From NCBI RefSeq assembly GCF_009914755.1, contig NC_060938.1: a stretch of 64,000 nt of DNA; one strand, written 5' to 3'. The notes below the pieces were generated by a model that saw nothing but the letters and a program-made list of their open reading frames with translations, was not told the DNA's origin and did not search any database. The translations under genes and the position numbers were made by a program. Source of the DNA: the human T2T-CHM13v2.0 reference genome, Homo sapiens. Shown here one piece after another: positions 1 to 14,330 of the stretch. Within the stretch, counting starts at the first letter, position 1; every line of letters starts with the position of its first letter.

Positions 1-29
1 TGGATTTGAACTCATATCTATTTGGGCTC

Positions 30-232
30 TATTTTGGGCTGTGTCACTTATGAACTGCATGACCTTGAGCAAATCACTGAAACTCTCTACAGTCCAGATT
101 CGTAATCTATTAAATGGGGCTAATAATACCTCATGCATATGGCTGCCAACGGGAGTTAGTGAAATAATGTACATGAAATATTTAACACTAAACTTGGTGC
201 CTAATGTATCTTCAGTAAATGATAACTATTGT
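30..232 (+). mobile_element. MIR SINE fragment
   Basis: Diverged MIR core and 3' end: 'tgaccttgagcaaatcactgaaactctct...aaatggggctaataatacctc...ttcagtaaatgataactatt'. Confidence 0.75.
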
Positions 233-321
233 CATAGTCATCATTGCTTTTATACTTTTCGGCTTCCAGTGATTTCCAGTGACTACAGCCCTAAGGCCAT
301 TGGGGGATATCTTTTTTATAA

Positions 322-730
<409 letters not shown>

Positions 731-896
731 TAGTCAAAGAGGATGGAGAAAAACAGGGTTCAGTTTTATTTTCAGTTCAATGTTTCGACCATGACATCCA
801 GTGCTGGCTTGATTACATTTTAGGAAACTGAATTCCTTCTCTAAAGAAATAGTCCAAAATTAAACACATATGGTTACTGTAATCAATAATAATGCT

Positions 897-1195
897 AACC
901 AAGCATGCTGGCTCATGCCTATAATCACAGCACTTTGGGAGGCAGAGGCGGGTGGATCATTTGAGGATCACAGGAGTTTGAGATCAGCCTGGCCAACATG
1001 GTGAAACCCCGTCTCTACTAAAAATACAAAAATTAGCCGGTTCTGGTGGCACGGACCTGTAATCTCAGCTAGTCAGATGGCTGAGGCACAAGACTTGCTT
1101 GAACCTGGGAGGCGGAGTTGGAGTGAGCCAAAATCGTGCCACTGCACTCAAGTCTGGGTGACAGAGCAAGACTCTGTCTCAAAAATAATAATAAT
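897..1195 (+). mobile_element. AluS with (AAT)n tail
   Basis: Both Alu arms present; TSD aataataatgct at 885-896 and 1196-1207. Confidence 0.95.
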
Positions 1196-1234
1196 AATAA
1201 TAATGCTTTGTGCATTTCAAAATTACTAAAAGAG

Positions 1235-1625
<391 letters not shown>

Positions 1626-3812
1626 TTACCACTAAAAAAGATATGTGAAGTGATAGATGTATTAATTAGCTTGATTTAATCATTTCACAATGTCAACATA
1701 TATAAAAAATCACATCATACTCCGTAAATATATAAAATTGTAAGTCAACTAAAAATAAAATTTTAAAAAGGGAAACATAATAACTTTTATTATTTTGTAT
1801 TTTTAAAAATCAAAGTTAGGACACATATTGAGTTTCTCTGCTACTCAATGAACTGAAGGTTTTGGAAAACAAGACCAAAAAACAACAACCTCCAAAAAAG
1901 AAATAAAAGAAGATCATAGTTAAGGCCTTTCATGCAGTCAGCTCAGGGATCAAGGGTAGATCTCAACCCGCCTGTCACTGAGTATGCAGTGCTCACAGAT
2001 GTGGGGAATACCTATGTACATCACAGTCCTCAGGGAACTGTAAAACCAGTTGCATTGACCAAACCAAAACACGTGCCATTAGAAAGCATATAATTGTAAA
2101 CCAAGAGCTTCTTTTCCGTTTACCTAAGATAATTGCAGAGGCTTTAGTCTAAGAGAATCAAAGTTAAGTGATAGCACTGTCAAAAAGGTTTCTTAAGGAA
2201 GAAGATCTAGGGGTTCTCGGGATTCGTTGAATTTGATGCCATGGCTGAAAAATTAAGTGGAGATACACTGTATGCCATTGGAGTCAGGCACTCATGTGAA
2301 AGATCAGCACTCACATTTAGGAATTGGATACAGCTAACAGCAGGGGAATTGATAGGCTCATGAAAAGAGCATGGGTAGAGGATGACATAGAAAATTAAGC
2401 ACAGTTAGGGAAGACTTACCAGCCAGGTTACAAGAAGCAAACACCTATCCCACCGATTCAGAATACCTTGCCTCACTCCTGCATGACAGGACATGTGTGT
2501 TCTTTACGTTAACTGAGAAACTGAGGCCAGATAGGAAGACAGATGTGGCCAGAAGAAGTTGACATTAGTAATGAGAGAAATAAACGAAGTGATTTTGGGG
2601 CTGGCGTTAACTATCTAGAACTACCCAGGAGGGTAGATTTAGAGACACTTCCATCTTTGAAATACCCAGAAGTCTGTTTCTCCAATGCCTTGACTCTGCC
2701 TAAAGCAGTCTACCATTAATCTCTGAGGAATCTCTTCAAACAGCTTTCTGCCAATGTATCACTGAAGCCTTTTGAGAAATAAGTGCTGTTCCAGCTTAGT
2801 CATATCTCAAGGCAGCGTGGCATGGGAGGTGGAGACTACGAGTAATTAAAAATAACTCCCAGCTCAAGCAGGGAGAGGGCTGTCCCTGCCTCATCTGTAT
2901 TCCCATCACAGGCTCCCCAGTGAGACCCCAGCTGTTGAGCAAGAGACTCTGTAGTGTCTGATGCACTCAATCTTGAGTTGATCACAAAAGAATGTTAACA
3001 ACGTTAAGGGCATGGAGTTCTAGGTTTTGGAAGAATTCTTAATGATTCTGTTAAAGAGGAAGAAATAGGAAAAAGACCAAAAAGACAGGGACAAACAGGA
3101 AAAACGGACCCAGCTCTACTGCAGTAATAGCCATTGATCACTTTACCTCCCTTGGCAGTCTGATCAGTTTCACTGGAAAGATAGCAAGTGGAAAAAGTGT
3201 GCAGAGATATGATGTGAAAATTATATTCAAGCTTTAGCTCCCCAGCACGTCTCTAAGGAAAGCACTATAGGAACAGCTGCTGGAGATATAAACAAAGGCC
3301 CAGGAACATCTCTGCCATTCATGTCAGGATCTGAGAGAGCCAAGGGAAGGACAAGAGGGGAATTAGCTCCCAGACATGCTTGAGTCTCTAAGCTGTTACT
3401 CCGTGATCCCCATGTTCTAGGTGCAGAAGCATTGCGTCTCTAAGCAATTCCCTTACCACCAGCTATCTAATGCTGTCAGAGGACCAACTATTTGCTGTTA
3501 ACAGTAATGCTCATTTGAAGCTATTCAGCCTAGATTTTCTTTGTATTAGGTAACTGTTTAATAAATTAATTCCAAACAGTACCTCCCATCTCTCTCAGTC
3601 TGACCATTGAGCGCTCTTAGTCAATCTTTGCAAACTTGTCCCCATTTAGTTGTTAAACCTGCTCCATCAACCCAATAATGAATCAACCTATATTTGAGGA
3701 CTATGGTTTGTGCCTGCTCCAAATCCTATGTTTTCTCTGATTTCAGACCCCTTGCCTCAACTGGATGAACTTTTCAAGCTCAGAACAAATAAGTGTTAAA
3801 AAACATTATTAA

Positions 3813-4185
<373 letters not shown>

Positions 4186-4234
4186 TTATAATAAATAGAT
4201 GTATCAATTGTAGCTTACCAGCACCAAAAACAAT

Positions 4235-4452
4235 AGTTAGTAAGAGTGTGGAGTCTAGAATTTGACTGTTTAGAGAAATTATGCCTCATCTTGGGGAAAA
4301 TTTCCTAATGTGTCCAATCTCCTGTTTCCTTATCCATAAAATGGAGATAATTGTAGGACCTCCTCCAGATGACTATTAGGAAGAGATGATACATATAAAA
4401 CTCACAGCACTGTGTCAGGCATAAAATAAGTAATCTATAAACAATGTTATTT
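4235..4452 (+). mobile_element. MIR SINE
   Basis: 'gtttccttatccataaaatggagataattgtaggacc...cacagcactgtgtcaggcata'. Confidence 0.75.
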
Positions 4453-6899
4453 AACACTTTTATGATAAAAATATAGAAATAGAAAATAATAGTTTCAGTG
4501 ACAGATCAATGTTGAAGCCTCAATTCAAAACATAATAAAATTGCTCTTTATGGTTCTTACGATGTACATTTATTTCAAATAGTAACAATGCTGTTCATGG
4601 TGAAACGTATTGATTTTAAGATTGAGAAATTGGACAAACAAGGCTAGTCCACAATAGTGGGATTGCAGTAGACCCTAGAATATGTATACCACTTTGGAAG
4701 GTATAATTAATATGTTTATATGTGTCGTCCCCAATCTTTCCATTCTTTATTACCACCATTATACCTCCATTTACTCCACAGTCCGTCTCTTCTAGAATGA
4801 AAGCTCCCACAAATCAGCAATTGCATCTGTATAACCTATTCTGTATGGCATAACACCTATATACTTTTCCAAAAAGAGGTGGAGAGAATATTTATTGACT
4901 TAGGTATGTCTGTGATGATCTAATGAAATGTCATGGAACAACTTAAAGTCATAGCCAAAGGAAGAGGAATGTTAATATGTAAGAATTTGCAGATAGATTA
5001 TTAACATGGAATGATGCCAAAATAGCACAGTAGAAAAACTAAAATAAATTAAATAGGCCTGGATTTGCTGGGTAACCTGGGGTATAACCCCATAAGGATG
5101 GTGTATGTAGAAGAAAAGTCAGTGAATCATTAGTAATTCATAAACTGTGTTTTTTCTCAGGTGTTCAAACATTGGAAAGCTATCTTTTGCAACCTGATGC
5201 TTTCCCTGGAATATGCAGTGTTTCTTGACTCGTGCAGTAATGGCTGATGGAGTAGGTGTTCAGACATTTTATTTGTTGGTTTTATGTATCCAGGTAGAGA
5301 ACTCCTGTCTAAAATTATCAAGAGTTGGTGGTGCATTCAGGACAGGAATTTAGATTTTCTGACTCCAAGGACATTTCACCACCCACTAAACCACCCTTTG
5401 CCATGAGCTCCCAGGAAGAGCAATTGTTCAGTCTGGTACAGTGAGGGAATAATCTGTCCCTAGCACAGGAGGCTGAACACAGCAGTGAATAAAAGAAGAC
5501 AAAACCAGTTCTACAATATAAATGACACATTCCATTAATACAAGTGGATCCAAATGAACTAATTTCATTCAATAGTACTTTCACATTCTGTAGCTATATG
5601 GGCTTGGATACAAATTGTAATGTCAGTCTGTCAGGAGAGTGGATGGCAGTGCATAATTACAAGTTCTTGTTCAGCACTTCAGGAGCTAATCAGAGCAAGG
5701 ATGTGAATCTGTAATTTGCAAATGTGCAAAGACAGAGGTTACTATGGCACTAACGACTCTGCTGATAACATTCTTGCCACCACATCATAGGACTGTGAGC
5801 ACAAATTCTACAAAATCATTTGACCTCCTGTTTAGTCGTTTGCAAGAAACAGCCTGCTGGCAGTACCTAGGGACATTTATAAGTTTAATGTTGTTCAAAA
5901 ATCTAAAATGTCACTATACAATAAATTAATACTTACATTCTAAGGGACTATACACAATCGTAAAGCAATATATAGAGCAAATTAATACATAAAATACAGA
6001 GAAATATAGAAAATTAATATACTACATCATGCAACCTGCTTCTAAACAAGTGTTTCTTTCATAGGACTGAATCAGGAAAGATTAAATAAGGAGTTGAGTA
6101 GAAACATATATAGATATGTAGAGATAGAGATATAGGCAATGTTTTCTTTTTTTTTATTTTTATCCACCACCCCCTCCCCCCGCTCCCCACCATAGCATTT
6201 CTGCTTTAAACACTTATTCTCTTTCTCTAACAATTTTATTCATTTTCGTTCTTGGGGCAGTAGAAAAACAAAGCAGCATTTTAGAGTTCAGTACTGGCCT
6301 AAAATTCAAGCCTCTCTCTAAAAGATTATAGAATTTCGCTGTCCTCTCAGTTCACAGCAGCAAGCAGAATAATTTCTGCTTGCCATTTTCCTCAACTTAG
6401 TCCTGCAAAAGTAACATCATTGGTCTCTGCTTCTTTCCTCCCATTATTACCTGATCCTGCTCTACAGCAGATGCTTCCTCAGAGAAAGAAATACCTCGAA
6501 CATCTCCATCAACTTCTTCATGGTAGTAACCCTTAACCCTAAACTTTTCTTGTGTAGAGATGGGTGCATCATGTTGAGGATTCATTGACCATTCTGTTAA
6601 TATATGAATTTAATCAATTTTAATTTTAAAGAATCAGGAGTGATTACGTGCATCACAACTTTCAGGTTAAATAATTTTATCATGGGTGCTAAGCTAGAAC
6701 CATGGCTCACCTGGTCAGATGGCTATAGGAGAGTCAGCACAATAGAAGCTTCAGGCAATGTGAATCCTGCTGCTCCCTACCAGGGATCAAAACTGAGGTC
6801 ACTGTGTGGTATGTGGAAGTCAAATGACTGCTTCTCTTTAAAAAGTGTTGGAATGATGCGTTTTCTCTCACCGATTCTGTCTAGGGGGTAATGTGCTAG

Positions 6900-7097
6900 G
6901 GTGCAGTAAGTTAAGTGTTAGTCACATATTTGCAGGGTTAAATCTTAGTTCCACAGCTGACTCACTGCACACTCTAGGCAGAATTATTTAACTCCTTCAG
7001 TCTTTGTTTCCTCATTCAAAAAAGAAAGAGAGATACTATCTGTGGCAGAGCCTCAGAGGATTGAGGGAGTTAAATGTAAAAATGACACACTGGTGCC
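6900..7097 (+). mobile_element. MIR SINE
   Basis: 'gggttaaatcttagttccac...ctaggcagaattatttaactccttcagtctttgtttcctcatt'. Confidence 0.65.
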
Positions 7098-7535
7098 TGT
7101 TACAGGGAGGGCTCCCTGAGAAGCAGACCTGTGGGCTAAGTTTAGCATGCAGGATGTTTATTAAGGTGTGCCTTTGAGATCAATACCTGTGAAAAGTAGG
7201 GAAAGAAAGCAGATGAGGCATAGGGAAAAGGTGGACTGCCACAGGCAACCCAGCGAACCTCACCAGCAGCTCTGGAGCTAAAATAGCTCTTCAGAATTGT
7301 CCAGAGTTGGGCTGAGGAGGCCAGAATTTTATTTGTGTTCCCACGATGATGACTCAGTGGATGGGGTCATTTCAGGAAGAGAGCAGGGCATCAACCTTGA
7401 GCAAGAAAGGTCACTGCAGCTTAGTCTAACCCTGAAGAGGCTGGCAGCTCAGGGCATCTGTTGACAGTATTCCAAGGAGGCAGGGCGACTAGAACTTTAG
7501 CAAAGGAAGATGGCACATCACAGTGATCATCACAG
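7098..7535 (-). mobile_element. ERVL solo LTR, LTR33-like
   Basis: 'gaagcagacc...agcatgcaggatgtttattaaggtgtgcctttgagatcaatacctgtg' matches the reverse complement of the LTR33/LTR16-group 3' end (AATAAA on the minus strand). Confidence 0.65.
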
Positions 7536-9877
7536 TCCCCAGTCATAAAGAGTAGTTTCTTACATGTGCATACCCCTTAGCCTTGTTTTCATTTCTCCTC
7601 CTCCCGCCTTCCTGTCTTCCTCTTCCTCTCCCTTCCTTTTCTTCTTTTTCTTCTTATTTTGATTTTGTTTTACTTTATGGAATTAAACCTCCATAATTCT
7701 GTAGTGTGCCAAGTATGAGGGGGAAAAAGTCTCTTTCCCCCATTAATAGATAATGACACCTTGACAGATAAGTGAGCAATTCTGCATTGATTCATTGGGG
7801 AAAACTATGGCAGGAAGTGGGTAGCAGTGTTTAGCGTGGCATAAAATACATATGCTATCTAAAGAGGTGGCTTCTTTCCCTTCTGGGGGATTTATGTGCT
7901 TAAATCAGGGCCCACAAACTCAAAGCACGCATTTGGGCTAAAGGAAGCTTGGCTAAGAGTAAAAGGAGAGCCAACAGGGAAAGGGCCTTGTAGGCTGTGA
8001 CCTTTCAAGCTAAACTGCCCCTAGAGAAAGAGAGACTTATTTGAATTTACAGATGCCTTAGGACTCCAGTGAGCCACAGCTCTGGCTCTTTTCCTCTGGG
8101 GCACTACAAAGCTTAGGTCTTTGCAGATCAATTAAAGTCATTAGCGCTCCATCTAATGAATGTTGATTTCCATGAGGAGGCTGAGCCAGCTGGCCTGCCC
8201 TAAACAGCGCAAAGGCAAGCAGGGTACCAGAGTTAGAGCAAATGGCAATAAGCCACTTGAATTAGAAGGCCCCCAGCTTGCAGCAGAGTTAATGCTGCCT
8301 GTTTTCCAGGTGACCTCAATCACTGCCTGGGGCAGACACTGGACTCAGATGCTCTCCAGTCACGAGAGAGTTTGTAAATATGATTTAAAAATTGTCACTG
8401 GCTGCTCAACTAGCAGGAGTGTTCAGAAAGCTGCAAGGTATGAGACACTGGATGCACAGATGTGTTTTCATCTGGGGAATGTTGCATTTTTACAATTTTC
8501 TCTCCTGGCTATTATGATGGGAGATTTCTAGTTTTTAAATTCAGTGTGCTTTTTAAATTTTTGAATAGATAATAAGATGATTGCAAAAAAAATTAATGCT
8601 GCCTCTCATTTCTGTTCTTCATCTACTCAAGAAACCAGTTATTCTTTTTGTGTGATTCTAGAGTTTTCTGATATATGTACAAGCAAAGGAAAGTGTATAG
8701 TCTCATATTCTCATAGTCCCACCTACTAAACAAATAACAACATACTGTATATATAATTCTGCATCTCGCTTTTCTTCTCTTTTAATATATCACAGCTGCC
8801 TTACCGTATCAGAACAAAGAGAAATTCTTTTTTTTTACAGCTCTGTCATATTTCATTGAATGAACATGCCTTATTTACTTAACTGTTCCTTTACTGTTTG
8901 CAGTTACAAATAATACTGCAGGTAACCTCAAATATGTTTCATTTTTTACGCATGTTTGAGAGTATGTGTTGAATACAATCTCAGAAGTAGAATGACTTCT
9001 AGGAGGTATATGCATTTGTAATTTCAATAGATAGAAGGATTGCCAAATTGTCCTTGAGAAGTATTACACAAATGTACAGCCCCCCCCCCCCTCAACGAAT
9101 GGGAGCGCTTCCCCACACCTCACCAATAGAGACTGTGGTCACACTTTTAGAAATTTGTCCATCTGGTATGTGAAAATGGAATTTCAGTGTAGTTTTATTT
9201 TCTTTTTCTTATGATGAGTGAGATTGTACATCTGTTTATATGTTTAGGAACTTTTTAGAAATCATTTGTATGAACTTTCTATTGATATTTTTTGACCACT
9301 TTTGTAGTAGTTTGCTGCTTTTGTTTTTAATTGATTTCTACTAGAGAGACTAATCTCCATGATATGGGATGCAAATATCCTTTTCCTCCCCTAGTTTTTT
9401 GTTTGCCTTTTGATTTTCCTTACAGCTTTTGCCCCTGAGCTTTTAGATTTTATAATGTTGAAGTTATCAGACTTTTCTTTTATGGCATCCTTATTTCGAC
9501 ACTTAATTAGAAGGGAGGACTTCATATTCTAGAGTGGTAAAGTAATTCTTCATGGTTTTCTCTTAGCACTACCATGTTTTGCTTTATATTATTCATTTTC
9601 ATAATTTTTAATGTATTCCTGTAGAGGACGTGAGGTATTGATACAAATTTAATATTTTTTTCAGGTGGCTACCCAATTATTTCAATAACTATGTTTCTAT
9701 AAGTCATCATTTCCCATTTAAGCCTCTGTTATGATATTTTAAATTCATTTCTGCACTTTTATTCTGCTGTATTGGTCTGTCAGTGCACATTTTTCAATTC
9801 TGAAACCTGTACAATAGATTTCAGAATCTAAAAGGGCTAATTCTCCCTTATTACTTTTTCTTTCAGAGTTTTCCTGA

Positions 9878-10246
<369 letters not shown>

Positions 10247-12269
10247 TAATAATTTGTATATGTTAGCATATGTATATATAAATTAGATAATGTTAATTTA
10301 CAAATTAAGGAGAGCTATAACTTCTATGACCTATATGTGTCTTTCTATTTAGTGACATGATCTGTCTCTCCTTTTGCTTAAATTTTATTTTATATAATTT
10401 CATATGTCTCATATTTTGTTAGGTTTATCTCTAAAAGTTTTTTCTTCTCTGTACCTAATTATGAATGGTTCTTTTCTGTTATTACTTCTACTAATGAGCT
10501 GTGTGTGTATATATACATGAAGATCATGAATTAAGGCATACTAATTCTGCATCCTGCTTCCTTACAGAATCTTCTTGTTAATAGTAATCATTTTCAGTTG
10601 TTTCTTCTGAGAACTCCAGGTGCTCAGTCATATCATCTAAACATAATTTTATCACTCTCTTTCCAGTTTTATATCTCCAATTTCTCTTGTTTAATTGCAT
10701 TAGATAATAATCCTATCTAATAATATAGTAATGATATTGTGGATACTTTAGCCTCGTTACTGACTTTAGTAAGAGTGATTCTGATGTTTCCACAATCATT
10801 ATGAGCCTGGCTTTTGCAAACATATACATCCCTATGGTTTCTTAACACTGAATGGTCTGGTCCTTACATTCTCAAGTTAAATCCCGTTAGCATTGAGTAT
10901 TCTTTATAATATAGAACTAGATCCTTGTAAACAATTTAATTATTTTCTTTTTCTATGCCACAGAACAATTAACTTGGCATTAAAATTCTCTACTCTTTAA
11001 AAGCTTGGAATGATTTATCTGTGACCTTTTCTGGGCCTCGTGCTTTCTTTTTCTAAGGGTGGCTCAGGTGACAGACAACTTCCTCCATTTCATCAATGGA
11101 AATGAATAGGTTTTGAATATGTATCCCCTTTAGAATTATTTTTAGGCAATTACACTTTTCTAGGATATTCTCTATCTCCCAAGTTTTCATATATATTTGC
11201 ACAGAGTTAGCCAAGACTATTTTTGTCATTTTTCTGTGCTTATTTTCCACTTACTATTTTTAAATTTTATGTATCTGCAATTTTCTTCCTCTTTTTCATG
11301 ATGAGATAATCTAATGTTTACCCTTTTTAATTTTTTTGTAACAGAAACTTTAAATATATTAATTTTACCACTTTTGCATTTCCTAGAATATTAAATTCTC
11401 CTTTTCCCTATATGAATTGGCCCTTTATGTTTTTCTTAAACATATTTTATGTTTGTTTAAAAATTTTGTATTAAAAATATTGAATTGATTTTGTTATTTT
11501 CTCCTGTCAATATAAATATGTAAGACCAAAGATTTCCTCTAAGCATGGCTTTTCCTGTTTCCCATAGATTATAGAATATGAGTGCTTTTACATTTTTATT
11601 GTTCTAGGAAACCTGCAAAATGGCCTGTATTACATTCGACCCAAGAATTAAGAGAGAGTTTTAAAATTTCTGATTGGAATGGGATTCTGTTTCCGATCTT
11701 GTTGTTAACATCTAGTTATTACACTGTGATCAGAAAATGTGTACAATAGTATTTCTTTTTTTTTTTTTTTTTTGAAAAAGTTGCAGTTTTCTTTTTGGAC
11801 TGCATACAGTTACATTTGTGATTATCATGTGGATTCTTAAAAAGATTTTTTTAATTTTCAATGCATAAGTCTTTAAGTGTACTGTTTGATATACCTTATA
11901 AATTATGCTATTTAGGTCAATTATAGTCTTACTTTTGACTACTTCATCTATCATTGAATAAGCAAGATGATTTAAAGTGTCTTATTTCTGTTTTTTGGCT
12001 GAATGTTTCTTCAGATAACTCTTAAGTTTTCTGTTTTTTGAATGTTATTTTTATTTCATTTGGTTCATAACTAGTTATAATTCTGACACCTTCATTGCGA
12101 ATTTCATCTTTTAACATTTTAAACAAAAAGGTCTTTTCTCAATTATTTAAAACCTGAATACCACTTTCTCTGATTTTAAGATCCCTATCGCTGATTTATT
12201 TTTGTTTGCATTCTTCCGGCATGCCTTGGTTGAACCTCTTATTTTCAACGTGATTAACAAATTTAATTG

Positions 12270-13032
12270 TTTTATTTATTTACTTATTTATTTTAATTAT
12301 ACTTTAAGTTCTGGGATACTTGTGCAGAACATACAGGTTTGTTACATAGGTATACACCTGCCATGGTGGTTTGCTGCACCCATCAACCTGTCATCTACAT
12401 TAGGTATTTCACCTAATGCTGTCCCTCCCCTAGCCCTCTACCCTCTGACAGTCCCCAGTGTATGATGTTCCCCTCCCTGTTCCATGTGTTCTCATTGTTC
12501 AACTCCCACTTATGAGAACATGCAGTGTTTAGTTTCTGTTCCTGTGTTAGTTTGCTGAGAATGATGGTTTCCAGCTTCATCCATGTCCCTGCAAAGGACA
12601 TGAACTCATCCTTTTTTATGCCTGCATAGTATTCCATGTTGTATATGTGCCACATTTTCTTTATCACTGGTCATTAGAGAAATGCAAATCAAAACCACAA
12701 TGAGATACCATCTCATGCAAGTTAGAATGACAGTCATCGAAAAGTCAGGAAACAGCAGATGCTGGAGAGGATGTGGAGAAGTAGGAATGCTTTTACACTT
12801 TGGTGGGAGTGTAAATTAGTTCAACCATTGTGGAAAACAGTGTGGCGATTCCTCAAGGATCTAGAACAAGAAATACCATTTGACCCAGCAATGCCATTAC
12901 TGGGTATATACCCAAAGGATTATAAATTATTCTACTATAAAGACACATGCACATGTATGTTTATTGCAGCACTGTTTACAATAGCAAAGACTTGGAACCA
13001 ACCCAAATGCCCATCAATGATAGACTGGATAA
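12270..13032 (-). mobile_element. L1PA (PA7-like) 3' end with 5' inversion (twin priming)
   Basis: 12270-12665 is antisense 3'UTR/ORF2 end; 12663-13032 is sense ORF2 C-terminus (…DPAMPLLGIYPKDYK…); the two segments are contiguous in the L1 consensus. Confidence 0.93.
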
Positions 13033-13989
13033 TGAGTTGTTTTTTAAAGCAAGTCTCTTGTTCATAGCACAAAGTTGGTTCTGCTTTGTGATCTATTGTA
13101 AAAGTTGAAAGTCTTTGTCTTTTAATAGGTATATTAAGCCAGTTTATATCTAATTATGTGATAGATATATTTGTTCCTGGTCCTCTCCTGTTACTTTATC
13201 ATATAGTTTCTCTTTTTCTTATTTTGTTTGTTTGCTTGTTTGTAATGTGTTCTATGCATGTCTATATGTATGTTTTGCTATTTAAGAGTTTGCATTTTCT
13301 CCCTTGTCATTTTTACAGTTATAATGTATTATATTTTTAGTGCTCAATATATTTAAACCAGAGCTTCTCATCCAATATACCACACTCAGGGCTTTTGGAT
13401 AGACCCTCTGGCCATGAACAATCTTGTCTTCTCCTCTCAGTCTCGACAAATATATTATTTGCTTTTTGACCTATCATTTGAAAAATATTGGGAAATGTCA
13501 CTTTAAGGAATATGCACTAGCTCTTTACTATGAGCAGTGAATCATCTTTCTTAATATTTAATACAGAAAAAAACATGCATGTATTAAAATTAATTGAGTT
13601 GATACTTTATATATTATCCTTTGACTCCTAGCAATCAGATAATTTACTTCCTACTTTCTGTCCTCTTCTAACTATTTTTAGTTGTATTACTTCTGTATTG
13701 TCAGGGTTTATTCCATTTTCATTCTGGTCTTCAGCATATTATTCCCATTAGGTTAGACATAGTTCTTCTTTAAAAACTATACTCTGTGCTTACCTTCAAT
13801 TTCATTGTCATAGTTATTCTAATTATGTTTTGGTTGATCAAAGTCATTTCCTAGTAGTTTCCTCAATATTCCCAGTGTTCCTGAAGGTAAATACCATTTG
13901 TAAACTATCATTGAGTATAGTTTGGCTGGATATAAAATGTTGGGTCATATTTTGCTTTTTGTTGGGAGGATGTTTCTATAAACTTATTA

Positions 13990-14330
13990 ATACAGTCCTG
14001 GTGAGTCAGAGAAGCCTTTCTTGAAGAGGCATTGTCTATGTTTAATCTCTAATGGATGATCGTCACAGAAACATAGACAGAGGAAATGGTTCCAGGCAGA
14101 ATCAATGGAATTGAAAAAAATCATGGTACTTCTGTGGAACAGGTAGTTGGATGACTGTAATGCACAGGGGAAAAGGTAGACACAAGTTGACACTGGAGAA
14201 GTAGGAGGGGATAGAGCAAGAAGAACTTGACAGACCGAGGAGTCTGGATTGCTTCCAGGACAATAATCTAAACTGCAGAGTGGTATGAAGCAAGAAAGGG
14301 ATATCCGGTTGTAACTGTTCATATTAAGAG
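13990..14330 (-). mobile_element. L2 fragment
   Basis: Purine-rich degenerate L2 motifs ('gtcagagaagcctttcttgaagagg', 'ttccaggcaga', 'ggagtctggattg'). Confidence 0.5.

Noticed and set aside
5141-5299. + strand acceptor (tgttttttctcag|5161) with a possible donor at 5294
   Set aside because: The donor is weak (gtagag) and all three frames contain stops; such pairs are common by chance.
6527-6542. Telomere-like taaccct/taaccctaa
   Set aside because: Only two imperfect units, too short to call an interstitial telomeric repeat.
6397-6600. Minus-strand ORF with acidic, protein-like composition ending near a CAG|gtaata donor
   Set aside because: The upstream acceptor lacks a real pyrimidine tract, I recognise no homology, and no partner coding exons are visible.
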